This document shows positions 40,314 through 52,500 of a DNA stretch of 64,000 nucleotides, in pieces. The number at the start of each line of letters is the position of its first letter. The first letter of the stretch is position 1. The notes under the pieces are model-generated. The model did not search any database. It saw only the letters and a program-made list of their open reading frames with translations, and was not told where the DNA came from. The stretch is taken from assembly GCA_044892505.1 (NCBI GenBank), contig CM097882.1, forward strand, positions 247,752,001-247,816,000, in the 5' to 3' direction. Source of the DNA: Schmidtea nova (lineage: Eukaryota). The translations under genes and the position numbers were made by a program.

Positions 40314-41474
40314 TTACACATCCGTCTCCTCTGGTTCATGAAACCCTTCATCTTGGAGCTCCATTGGTGGTGGTGGTATAAATGGTAACCACACCACTCT
40401 GCTTCTCCACATTGCAATTTCATCTTGGTACGTTCGAGAGATTTGTATCTCTTCATCTAACAGATACTCCATGTAATCTGATTGTTCGCTCAGAGTTTCA
40501 ATTTGTCTTTCCATCTCTTCCACTTTTCTCTTCAGGGCTTCTGTTTCTGTGGGTTCGGTTTCTATTTCTGGGGTTTCTTTCTCTGCTTTCAGGGTTATTA
40601 TCTGCTGTTTCAGTTCTTCGTTTTCTTTAGTCAAATTCGCTATATTTTCCTCATACGCTTGGTTTGATTCCGCATGTCTTTCCTTCACAGCTTTCAGTTC
40701 CATTTTCTTTTGAGTTACTACTCCTTGGTAGCCATTTACATCTCTTTCCAGGCTTTCTTTTTCCTTGATCATCTTTTGTCTTTCCGCTTCCTCTTTCTGT
40801 CTGATACCTCGCATTTCTCCATTTACCATCTGTATTTGCCATTGCGTTTTCTTTAGTTCCTTTGCTTGTTCTCGAATAAATCGCTGTCGTTTTCGACTCC
40901 ATTCTTTGTTTGCTTGTTCTTGTCGCTTTCTCTGTTCCAATTCCTCTTTCAGTTCGTCTATCTCTTGATACAATTTCCAATCTTCGCTGTGTGCTGTCCT
41001 TCTGATTATCTCTTTGGCTTCTTTATATACTCGTTTCGACTCCATCTTCCAATGTCTCGCTTGAGCCTTGATTGCTAGTATTTTTACCTCCATCTTTTCC
41101 TCTTGTTTCTCCCTCTCTTCTCTTCGCGTTTTCATCATATTTTTATAATGTTCTGCTTGTTTCCTCATCAACTGATAGGTCTCTTCTATCTTCTGTCGAC
41201 TTCGTGAATTCGTTCCTTTTAGCTTCTCTATTTGTGCTGTCAGTTGTACTATCTCTTTATTCACTTCCTCGAGTTCTAGTTGATATAACTCCATTCGTCT
41301 CTCGTATTTTAGTTTCTCGTAGAAATTGTTTGTCATCACTTCGTGTAATTCTCTGGTTCTTTGTTCCACTTCCGTTTTACATCTACTTTCGATTTCTCTT
41401 TCTATTGCTTCTCGTTCGTTCGCCATCTCGTTTCTCGTTTCATCTTCGATTACATGTTCATTTGCGTTTTCCAT
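40314..41474 (-). CDS. 386-aa long coiled-coil protein (accessory ORF)
   Basis: E/K/R/Q-rich heptads over ~340 aa; C-terminal WLPFIPPPP motif. Confidence 0.8.
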   Translation of the reverse strand: MENANEHVIEDETRNEMANEREAIEREIESRCKTEVEQRTRELHEVMTNNFYEKLKYERRMELYQLELEEVNKEIVQLTAQIEKLKGTNSRSRQKIEETYQLMRKQAEHYKNMMKTRREEREKQEEKMEVKILAIKAQARHWKMESKRVYKEAKEIIRRTAHSEDWKLYQEIDELKEELEQRKRQEQANKEWSRKRQRFIREQAKELKKTQWQIQMVNGEMRGIRQKEEAERQKMIKEKESLERDVNGYQGVVTQKKMELKAVKERHAESNQAYEENIANLTKENEELKQQIITLKAEKETPEIETEPTETEALKRKVEEMERQIETLSEQSDYMEYLLDEEIQISRTYQDEIAMWRSRVVWLPFIPPPPMELQDEGFHEPEETDV

Positions 41475-41564
41475 TCTGTAATTTACAGATTTACACTTGT
41501 TATACTATACGTTTATTGTTGTCGTCGATTTTTACACTTTATTTACAGGGTCGTTCATTTCTGA

Positions 41565-42977
41565 CTACTCCAACCATCCTTTCGTTGACTTCGTGTTCAT
41601 CACTGTTGTACTTGCTTTCTTCTCGATCTCCAACTCTACATATAAGTTGTCGTTGTACAACATCTCCCACATTGTTTGGTGTGGTATGAATTTTGGTTCT
41701 CCAGTCGCTAATGAACATTCTGTGGTTGGTCTTTTGTAAGCTTCGTGCTTACCATCAATTTTGAATACTCTCGCTATTGTTTCTTTCGAGTTTCTCACTC
41801 TCATTATAGCCTTTGTTTCTAGTGGCCATTCTAATATGTCGTCGTAACCACCTTTACACAACGCAAAGAATAATGACACATGCGTTTCCTTTCCTGATCC
41901 ATCTCCATTTGGATAAATTCTCATTCGAACTTTGTATCCATTTTTCCACAGATAGAATGGTGGACTTGTTACCGACACCTGACTTCCTGCTTTTGCTGCT
42001 GCGAACTTTTCGTTGAAATTCTTAATTTTCCATATATATGGTGCAACAGGTAAACTCTCGATATCCTCTGCATCTCGCACCCACATTTGATGTCGCACGT
42101 TTACTTCTTTTACCAATGTCTCCATGACTTTGATTTTCTCCATCATTTTCTCTCTGGTGAGCTCGAATTGTTCTCTCGTTTCCAGCAATAACTCCGTCAT
42201 TATCCTCTGAGATTCGATTTCTTTTCCCAGCTTCTGTATGGTTTGCTCCATTTCTTCCAAATTTTCTATTAGCATCTCTGCGTGTTGTACCGTTTCGGTT
42301 TCCAAATGCTCTTTCATCTCTTTGCTTGTTTTCTTTACTGCACATCCTTGTTTACTCCATACGCACTTTCTTGGTCTTGATTCGCACTGTTCCCAATGTT
42401 CTCTCACCATCACTTCTTCTCCGGTTCCGCAATTACTTGGACAAATTCCTCGGAATTTTCCGCACACTTTCTCTTCTGCTACGTTGAGATGTTCTGTTTC
42501 GATTACTTCTCTCGTCTCTCTTTGTTCGCAGTATTGACACTCTATTATCTCTGCTTTGCACTCATCCTTGTGATTTCTCGACTGCTTGATGGTTATCGTC
42601 TGTTGACACTTTTCACATGTTGCTTTCTTGTTTTCGCATTTCTCCAGATGTTGTCTGAGTTCGATTATTTGACCTTTCCACTCACATGGTTGGTTTATAC
42701 ATTCTGTTTTTATCTTCCAGATCTCCTTTTGGATTGCTTTGTCTGGTTTCGTCTCGTTGATTAGTAGTTTATCGCCACACTCTGGACACTTTCTTGTCTC
42801 ACTTTCACTGATTATTTGCAATATACACTTGGTGCACATCCTGCATCCACATTCCGTTTGTCTCGGTTTTAACAGTAAATTTTTACACTTTACACACGTC
42901 ACATTTACTCCCCATTGTCGATTCTCTCCTCTTAGAATCTCGATTGTTTGGTAGTCTGCTTCGCTTTCTGTTCTCAT
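41565..42977 (-). CDS. TRAF-family protein (RING, TRAF zinc fingers, coiled coil, MATH)
   Basis: RING CVKC...CGCRMCTKC...CPEC; zinc finger CINQPCEWKG...HLEKC; MATH YIWKIKNF, SPPFY, GYKVRMRIYPNGDG, HVSLFFALCKGGYDDILEWP. Confidence 0.93.
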   Translation of the reverse strand: MRTESEADYQTIEILRGENRQWGVNVTCVKCKNLLLKPRQTECGCRMCTKCILQIISESETRKCPECGDKLLINETKPDKAIQKEIWKIKTECINQPCEWKGQIIELRQHLEKCENKKATCEKCQQTITIKQSRNHKDECKAEIIECQYCEQRETREVIETEHLNVAEEKVCGKFRGICPSNCGTGEEVMVREHWEQCESRPRKCVWSKQGCAVKKTSKEMKEHLETETVQHAEMLIENLEEMEQTIQKLGKEIESQRIMTELLLETREQFELTREKMMEKIKVMETLVKEVNVRHQMWVRDAEDIESLPVAPYIWKIKNFNEKFAAAKAGSQVSVTSPPFYLWKNGYKVRMRIYPNGDGSGKETHVSLFFALCKGGYDDILEWPLETKAIMRVRNSKETIARVFKIDGKHEAYKRPTTECSLATGEPKFIPHQTMWEMLYNDNLYVELEIEKKASTTVMNTKSTKGWLE

Positions 42978-43068
42978 TCTACAACAATATTTACATCAAT
43001 TTCCCCATATTTTTGATTTTTTCTGGTTCTTTATTTACACGTATTTACACAATTTTTCCGCTTATTCA

Positions 43069-43419
43069 TTATACATCCTCAGTTGAATCTGGCTCTGGAT
43101 ACACGTCTATCTCATTTACAATCCAGCTCGTCCAACTATCCGGTATCTCTTCCTCTTCATGTCTCGTTAATCGGTCAATCTCCTCTGCTTGCCAGTTGTT
43201 CACTTCATTCAATGTTCGATTCTCGTTCTGTAATTCGTTTATCTGTATTTGTTGGATCTCAATTTTGTTCATTGCTTCGAAATTACAGTTGTAACTCTCG
43301 GTTAATAATTGCGTTTTGGCCGTCAACTGGCTCTGTAATTCATTTACTGTTCTGGCTAGCAGGTCGCATTGTACTTTCCATCTCGTCATCATTGACATCT
43401 CGATATTTTCTTGGTTCAT
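43069..43419 (-). CDS. 116-aa coiled-coil protein with acidic tail (accessory ORF)
   Basis: Open frame, co-oriented, heptad pattern. Confidence 0.6.
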   Translation of the reverse strand: MNQENIEMSMMTRWKVQCDLLARTVNELQSQLTAKTQLLTESYNCNFEAMNKIEIQQIQINELQNENRTLNEVNNWQAEEIDRLTRHEEEEIPDSWTSWIVNEIDVYPEPDSTEDV

Positions 43420-43544
43420 CGTTTTTTTCTAGATTATATACATCATTCTCTTTTTTCTGTTTTTCTGTTTTATAATATTTATACCCATACGTATACGGTT
43501 ATGCATTGGTTTTTACACTATTATTTACACTCATATTCCACCCT

Positions 43545-46500
43545 CTATACAACTATCACTGGTTTTCCTTCGTACAGTTCCTCGTCCTCGATCTGTACCC
43601 ACATTTCTTCGTGTTTTGATCGTCTTTTCAGCTCTTCTCGTACTTCTTTTGGTAGTTTTATGTTGTAATTCGTGACCTTTACGTCCGGCCATTTTACTGC
43701 TATGGTCTTATTTCTCATGCCATATCTCCAACATACTATCATGATCGTTATCAGTGGGATACACGCTATGAATACTCCCATGCTGATTAAACCCATTATT
43801 GTTTTCCCGATGTTCATTCTTGGAGTTTCACTTTGGTTTATCATCACGCCATATTGACCTTTCCATTCCGCTTCCCATTGTTCATATTGTTGTTGTCTCC
43901 GTCTGACTTCTTCAATCACTTTCTCTGGTTCCCATCTTTCTTGGCGGTTTGGTATTGTTTCTTCCTTCTCGTTTTGTTCTCTCTTCTGACTCAATTCTCG
44001 GAATTCTAACTTTCTGATTCTCCTCTTTATCGGCGTGTAATAGGTTTCGCACCTTTCTTGTGGATTTCCTTGTGTATCCACTTCTTCAATTGCACACACT
44101 TCGTATTCTGCGTTTGTTTTCAACTTCCTCATTTCTACCTCAATAATTTCTCCTTTGTCATCTGCGGTCTTTTGACATCTTCGTGGAGACTTTCCCATAC
44201 TGTTTGGCATTAATGTCCAACAGATTTCTAGGACCTTTTTATGGATCTTCCATATTATCAACGTTGTTGATTCCGATTCGTGTTCTATTGTCGTGCTTTC
44301 TGTGGTTGCCTGTTGAGTTCCTTGACTGTTTGTTGTCGTGGTTCTTTTTGACTTTCTTTTCCTCTGTCGACTTCCTCCCATTTCAATCGTTCTTGTTCCG
44401 TTAATTTGCTCTGGCGTCTTGTACAGTTTGCACTCCAGGCTTCTTAGTATTATTTCTCTTATTCTTCGAATTACGCAAATTTCGTAGGTTTGTCCGACTT
44501 CGAATCCATTTAGTTGAAACGGGATTCCTCGTTCTCTCGTTCTACATTGCGGTATTATGTTGTTGGTCGATACTCCGATGTATTTTCTCCAACACATCCC
44601 AATTGTTCTCCGACCAATGTTTTTTATCTCCACGGTTACTACTTCATTCGCAATCGTTTCTTGATCTTGTTTCTTTCTTTTTGGGAACTCAATTATCTCC
44701 TTTGCTTGGAACACTTTACACTCGCTTGTTCCTGGTCTGTTTCCGTTTGCTGCTTTTCCCATGAGACATAGTTCACATTTTCTATCTGTCTCCATTTCGG
44801 TTATCTCAATTTCTTCATTTGTCTCTGCTTCTCGACTTTCTCTTGTTTCGCTGATTCCAATTACTTCATTGTTTCGTCCCCAACATCTTCCATTCGTTGT
44901 TCGTTGGTCTTGGATATTTACTAACGTCATCACGCTGATATCTATGTCCTCCATGATTCTCTTAATGAGAATTAATATTAATGCTACACATATCAATTCT
45001 GGTTGGAATGTTAATTTGCCCGCTGAATTTTTGGTTATTCTTTCTTTCTCTGTTCGGTTTCTGATTCCCTCTTCTGCTTCCGTTTGATTCTTCCCTTTCT
45101 CTGGTTCTACTTCTGTTCTTCTCGTTGTCTCTTCGCTTCTTTTCTCAATCCATTTCTGTATTTTCAGCGCTTCTGTTGCTTTATATAATTGACATGCAGT
45201 TACTTGAGGTGCTTTTGGTTCTCCTCTCTGCTTTATTGCGCATATTATGTATGACTTTTCTTTCTCCAACCCTTTGATTTGGATGACGTCTCGCTTCAAA
45301 TCTGACAATATACACTTCAGCGTATCGTTTTTCTTCAGATTTTCTTTCCAGCATATTCTTTCGTATACTTCATTTCCTCTGATTATTTCCAGCGTGACGT
45401 ATTGTTTCTTGGCTTCTCCTTGTCCGATGATTGTTATCAATATCGCTATACACAACATTTCTGGTCTCAAAAGTAGACTTCCTGTTCGTTTTCCATGGTT
45501 CGCACATTCGTCTTTTGTTCCACTGTTTTCTCGTTCTTCTGCTTCTCTTTTCTTGTCGTTTCTCGTTGGCTTTGGTTCTTCTTGTCTTTCTTTTTCATCA
45601 TCTTCCGTTCTTTTGTTGTCATTGTCTTCTTTGTTCTTTTCGTTGTTACTTTTGTCGTCGAAATCTCTGTAACCACCCCCTGGTCCTTTGAAAATGTCGT
45701 CCTCGACATTAATTTCTTTAATCAATCTTTCATACGCTTGAACCGCGAGTGTGCTAGACTCGAATTCTCGTATTTCCATCTCTTTGGATGGTTCTATGTT
45801 TTCTAGTCTACTTTGCTTGATTGTTTCTTTGGCTTTTGCCCATTCATTCACATATTTTCTGAACAAGTCTTTCCATCTTCCCATTCGTTCCTGTTCCTTT
45901 GGGTTGTTCGTAAGTTTCAAATCTCTTCTCTTCAAGAATTCTTCTACTATCTCTGGCTTTTTGTGTCTTAATAACGCGCTTCTGATACACCAATTCTGGT
46001 TCTGTTCCATATGATCATTGATCTTGAACGCTGGTTCCTTAGTGACCGGATTCACCCATGTTAGTAATGCTCTTGTTTTCTCTATGTCGTGTATCATTAC
46101 TGTTAGACTGAAATTCTTTACGTTATTTGCCAGATATTCGATGTCATCCTGTTTCTTGATGGACTTTATGAACTTGATCATCTCGAAGTTGTTCCACTGT
46201 ATTGCGATATCTATGATGGAATTGTTCTTTCCATTTTTCCCTTCGATTTTTGCTCCTGCTTCGTATAATTCATTTAGCACTTTCAACTTCGTCTTCTTTC
46301 TTGCTGCGATTATCATGATTGTATCTCCGTTATCGTCAACCGTATTCATGTCTGCTTCGCACTTGACCATTGCTTTCGTTATTTCTAGCACTTCGTTTTC
46401 TTTCTTTCGGCGTAATGCCCAGTGTATCGGCAATCTCCCATCCTTTGATAATAGGAATGCCACTGGCATTTGATTTTTGATCGTTTCTATGTCGATCTCG

Positions 46501-49500
46501 TTATAATCCCCTTGTGCATATCTGTGCACTCTCTCTGTAATTGCTCCTAGTATTTCCAACGAGTTTTTATTCTCTTTGAATTCCGATAATTTTTCCTGTG
46601 CTTTTGCTACGATTGCATCTAGTCTCTCTTGATATTCCGCTTTTGCATTGAACAACACTGCTTTGCTTCTTATTCGTGTTTGCATCTGTTTCATCCGTTG
46701 GTCTTGATACACTGCTTGTCTGAAGAACTGTCCATACTTCAATGTTTCCACTAACTCTTTATATCGCTTGCTTATTTCTTTGTGCTGCTTTTGGATGTCA
46801 TAGAAATGTTCAAAGCTCATATCCGGATTCCATTGTTTATCACACCATTTCTTGATTAATCCGAATAATTCTTTCTTTCTGTCTTCCAGCTTGTATTCTC
46901 TTGGGTTCTCGCTAACCCGTAGCGTATCTCTCGCTATCAACACTGCAAGTGTTTTTGGATCGTATGTTACCTCTACTAGATGTTTCAGTAACGCATTTTC
47001 TCCCCTTATGAACACTTCATTACAATCGACGACCCATGAATCTCTTTCTGGTCGTTTCCACTTTAACAGTATTCTCCAGGTTTTACTGTTTTTTACCCTG
47101 ATTGCTTGTTTCATGATCGATCCTCTAGTTAGTTCATCGATTTCCCACGTGGCATTTTCCGTAATATACTTTAGTATTCGGTGATTCGCTCTATCGATTG
47201 CATGATTCAAGAACGTTCGTCCCTCTTTATCTTTTGTCATCCAATTCGATCTGGTGTTTCCGAATAGCTTGACTATTTCATCGTTTCTTCCATGAATTGT
47301 CATCATCATAAGTGGAGTAATTCCTTCCCAATTCACTTTGTCAATTTCTCCTCCACCTTCGAGTATCATCTCCACAATCTCTTTCACTTTTTCGTTTCCA
47401 CCGTGCTTGATTGCATTGTGCAACGCGGTGTTGCCGTCTTTATCTTGTAGATTCAATGTTTGAGGGATTACCTCTAGCAGCGTTCTTGTTATTGGATGTG
47501 CTGTTCTATCCTTCGCATACTCCATTACATTCTTTCGAACCTCCGTCAGTATATTGAAATCGAGCCACCATTTCCATTCTGGTATAATTTCTCTGGTTTT
47601 CTTTGCCAGTTCTTTGATATCTATTGCTTCTCTTCGATTGTCTTCTAGACTTGTTTGCGGCTTTTGTTGTACTCGCAACATATTGATTCTCGCCGTCTGT
47701 GATCTTGTCATCACCCGTTTTTCCGGTAATAGAGTTGCTGTCTTTGGTACTTTTCTGCATCGACATGCATTCACGTATATTGGTCTTACCAATGGATTGT
47801 TCACCAATCGTACTCGCACATTATTTTCGTTTACTGTTGTTATTTCGTATGGCCCTTTGCCTGGTCGTTGGAGTTTCTTGACTGTACCGGGTATTATCTC
47901 TGGTGTCTCGATTATCACCCAATCTCCAACTTTTAAATCAGGTGCTTTCACATTCTTTTTCTGATCATGTAGATCCTTGTAACTCTCTTGATAGAACTTG
48001 ATGTTTAGTTCCGCCGTTTTCCAGATTTCTTGCATTCTTTCTTTGAACTTTGTAACGTAATCGTCAACCTCCATGTACTGTGATAATGGTGGTTGGTATT
48101 CTAAATCGATCGGTAAGTTGCAATCTCTTCCGTACATTAGTTGGAATGGACTTAGCTTTGTTGCCGCATGTATTGACATTCTATATGCCATTAAACACAA
48201 GTTGATATACTCGTCCCAGTCAGTCTGATGTTTGCTGACGTAATTCGACAACATGCGTATCAATGTTCCATTGAACCTTTCTGTTTGTCCGTTCGTTTGT
48301 GGATGGTATGGGGATGTTCGTAATTTCGCAATTCGGAAGTAGTTCGTAACTTCGTCTAATATTTCACTCATGAAATTTGTTCCTTGATCCGTTAGGATTT
48401 TCTTTGGTGTTCCGTATCTGCAGCATATCTCTTCCACCAATATTCTTGCGACTGTTTTCGCTTTTTGATCTGGTATTGCGAACGCTTCTGGGAACTTTGT
48501 TAGATAGTCCGTGACTACTAATATATACTGATTTCCCTTTAAACTTTCCGGTAATGGTCCAACTACATCCATTGCTATCGTCGCCATAGGTTCTGCAGGT
48601 ATTGGCATTGGTTTCAGGGGTGTTTTCCACTTTGTTCCGACGTTCTTTCTTGTCGCACAGGTCAAGCAGTTCTTTATCCATTCTTTCACATCATCTTCCA
48701 TGGTTGGCCAAAAATACTTTTGTCTCAGTCTTCCGCTTGTCTTTTTTGCAGACATATGTCCGCCTAATTTTCCGTCATGATATTGAGTCATGATTTCTTT
48801 TCGTCTATTCGCAGGTAAGCACATTAATCTTCGTTCTCCATCTTGTATCAATAACCATCCTTTTTCCATCACATATCTATGTTGATATTTCTGCATATGT
48901 TCGCGCAACGTTTGGTTCTTGCCGAATATTTCTGTTTCCCTTTCTTTCAAATACTTGCTGATCATTCCCAACTCCTCGTCTTCGAGTTGATCTTTCCTTA
49001 GTTCGTTGAAATCCAAATCTTCCGCTATTAATGCACATATTTTCAGGGCGTTTAGGTTCACCAATTCTGGGAATGTAAATCTTGACATACAATCCGCATT
49101 TGCATTTGCTTTTCCTGCTTTAAACTTTATGAATGGCGAGTATTCTTGCAACTGCATTGCCCAACGCATCAATCTACTTGATGATTCTTTATGTTGACCT
49201 AACCATACTAGCGGTTGATGATCCGTCGTGATATATATTTCATGACCCCACAATAGGTACTTGAAATGCTTGATTGCCAATATTATCGCATAGGCTTCTC
49301 TTTCCGTGACTGAGTAATTCTTTTCATGCTTCCTGAACGTTCGACTGTAATATCCAATTACTCTTTCCTTGCCTTCTTCGTCAAATTGGCCTAGTACTGC
49401 TCCTGCTGCATATCCACTTGCGTCTGTTGCCAACAGAAATGGCTTCTTAAAGTCTGGATGGACCAATATTGGTGCTGTAATCAGCTTATCTCGTAATGTT

Positions 49501-52500
49501 TCAAATGCTGCTTGTTGCTCTTCTCCCCACACAAACGACACGTCTTGTCTTACCAATTCTTGCATTGGCTTTGATATTCCTGCATAATCCTTGATAAACT
49601 TTCGATAATATCCACACAATCCCAAAAATTCTTGTATTTGAGTCACTGTCTTTGGTGGTGGACATTCTTTGACTTTTTCGATATTCCTTGGATCTGGTTC
49701 TTTTCCTTTTGCTGATACAATGTGACCTAAGAATGTCACTTTTTCTTTTGCCCAATCGCACTTTGACGGCTTTAATTTCAGTTTCCACTGTCTCAATTTC
49801 ACGAACACATTTCTGATGTCTTGCAAGTGACCTTCGAATGTTGCGGAGTAGATCAATAGATCGTCGATATACACCATGCATTGTTTTATGCCATGTGTTA
49901 CGAAATTCATGCATCTCTGGAATGATGCTGGCGCGTTTGTTAACCCAAACGGCATTTTCTTGAATTGGTACAGATCTCGTCCGATTGTAAATGCTGTCTT
50001 CTCTTTATCCTCGTCTTTCATTTTGATCTGCCAATATCCGCTTTTTAAATCTAATGACGTGAAATAAGCTGCTCCTTGTAACGTCAATAACATTTCGTTT
50101 ATGTCTGGCAGTGGGTACGTATCTCTTTTCGTAACGGCATTTAATCGTCTGTAATCGATACAGAATCTTTGAGTTCCATCCTTCTTTTTCACCATCACCA
50201 CCGGGAATTGCCAGGGTGAGCAACTAGGTTCGATGACCTCTGCATCTAACATCTTTTGTACCTCTTCTTCTGCCACTGCTTTTTGAGCTTCTGCCAGTTT
50301 ATATGGTCGTAATGCGATTGGCGTTTCGTCCGTCAACGGTATCGTGTGTAATGTTACGTCACATGTTCCTAAATCCAGATCTGATGCTGCGAATATATCT
50401 TTATATTCCATCAACAGTTTCTGTAACTGTTCTTTTTGTCGTTCGTCTAACAACACACTGTCGATTTTCCATGGTAATTCGTCTTTGCTTTTCTCGTTCT
50501 TGTCGGGTATTTCGATTTCGGACATGGGTGTCAATTTACCCAATCTCTCATTCTCGTATATTATCTTGTCCTCTTCGTCGAAGTTCACCAGATTTATCGG
50601 TATTTCTCCTTCTTGGTTTATCGTGACCAATTCTCTTGCCATTGGTAATTCTTTCTTTGCTTCGAACTTCTTACTCGGTTCGAATATCATATCTCCCTTT
50701 ATTGTTGAATCGATCTTGACATAGCACATCATTTCGTGCCTCGCTGGCACTACTATTTGTTCCGCACTTGCCACTTTAACTTTCATTCTGCAGATTTTTC
50801 CTGTTCTATCTTTTAGCTTCATTGCTCCTAGATCAATTACGATTTCCTTGAACAGGTCTGGCATCAGGTCAGTTCCAATAATACATGGTACACTCAGCGA
50901 TGGTATTACAGCGATGTACGTGTTGATCTCTGCACCTCGATGCTTAATTTTTACAAACCATCTTCCGGCTACTTCTACTGTCTCTTGACTGCACGCGATT
51001 ACATGTACGTTCGTCTTCTCGATTTCTCCTTGATTTTTCTCTGGTATATAATTAATGTCGATTGCCGAAATATTCGCGCCTGTATCGATCATTGCTTCGA
51101 TTTCTCTTCCATTTATTTCTACGGTTGTTGTTAAAATCGGTCCCATATTTGTGGACATAACCGCTATCGTGTGCGTGTCTTCTAACGAGTTTACACTTCC
51201 ACCTCGTTTTACTTTGCATCCTTCTGGAATTATCGGGTATATACTTGTCATCGGCATCATCTGCATCATATTTGGCTTCGCTTTGTATATCGGTTCGTTA
51301 TACATTGACTGAGGTGGAGCGCTGTATCTCCAATTCTCAACTGCACTCTTTTCGTTATACTGTGGAATCTGGTTTATATTCGCTTGTCCTCCTTGATCGT
51401 CATCGTCATCATCATCATTGCTTGAATCATCTTGTGTTCGATATCCTCTCACTCTTTCCCATAATCCTTTCCTTTCTTTCTTTAATTGTCTTCTTGCTTG
51501 TTCGTCTTGCATTATCTTTTTGAATTTCCTTCCAACATCTTCATTTGTTCCTCTCATTTTTGCAAGTATCTTCAACAACCTCTTTATTCGATGTATGTCT
51601 TTTGAGTGTCCGTGTAACACCATCGTTTTCGCAAGGAATGGTAAAAATCCTACTACCATTTTCCAATTCACTTTCTTTTCTCTCTTGTAGATGTCGAAAC
51701 ACGCTAACATTTGCGTTATTATCACTCTGACGATTTGTATTATCAGTATAACTCCCAGTATTCCAGCCATCATTTGTCCAAATATCAGGAATCTTCCCCA
51801 CATTGCCTTCATCATATTTTCTGTGGCTTTCTTGAAATGTGCCGGTGACAACAGCAGTTCGTAATTCGGTCCTTCTCGATAATTCGTTCCTCCCGTTATT
51901 GTTACGATATTTGACAGTAGTGCTTCTCTTCTTGCCGGGAATAATATATTCTGCCTTGCTGCTTCTAAATCTTTTGGACTATAGATTCCGTTGTTTGAGA
52001 CATCTACGTCGCTGAACTGTCTATCTTTTGACAACTGCATTAGCTCAAATTCTCTTGGTGCTAATACTTCGGTTCTTCCTGGGAACATAACCCATTTGCC
52101 ATCTGGCTTCTGATAAAGCGGTCCGTACGCATTACTACAGTTGAACGGATTTGGTTCAAAACTTGGTGGATTGATGATTCTCGTCACCGGTTGAACATAT
52201 CGTACTTTTCCTTTATAATCGATTTCTAGTTCGTTTGTACATTGTCCAGGTTTCAACTGCGTTGTTGCTGCTAGCGATGCGTGTGTCTTTTCGCAAATGT
52301 ATACATACATTGCCTCTCCAACCACTCTTCCGAAATGTCCTTCTCTCAGTGGTAATAATGGCATCGCGCTATCTGGATTCGTAATCGCTACGGCCAACTT
52401 TGTCTTTAATATTTCCCGATTCAGTATACAATCGTTGTTTATTAGATCATAGTACACTTTTTGCAATGAGGCTTGTCCTCTATGGAATAAGAAATCCATT

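Noticed and set aside
50550-50800. Active dUTPase between protease and RT
   Set aside because: The segment is beta-rich but lacks recognisable dUTPase catalytic motifs; treated as a linker.
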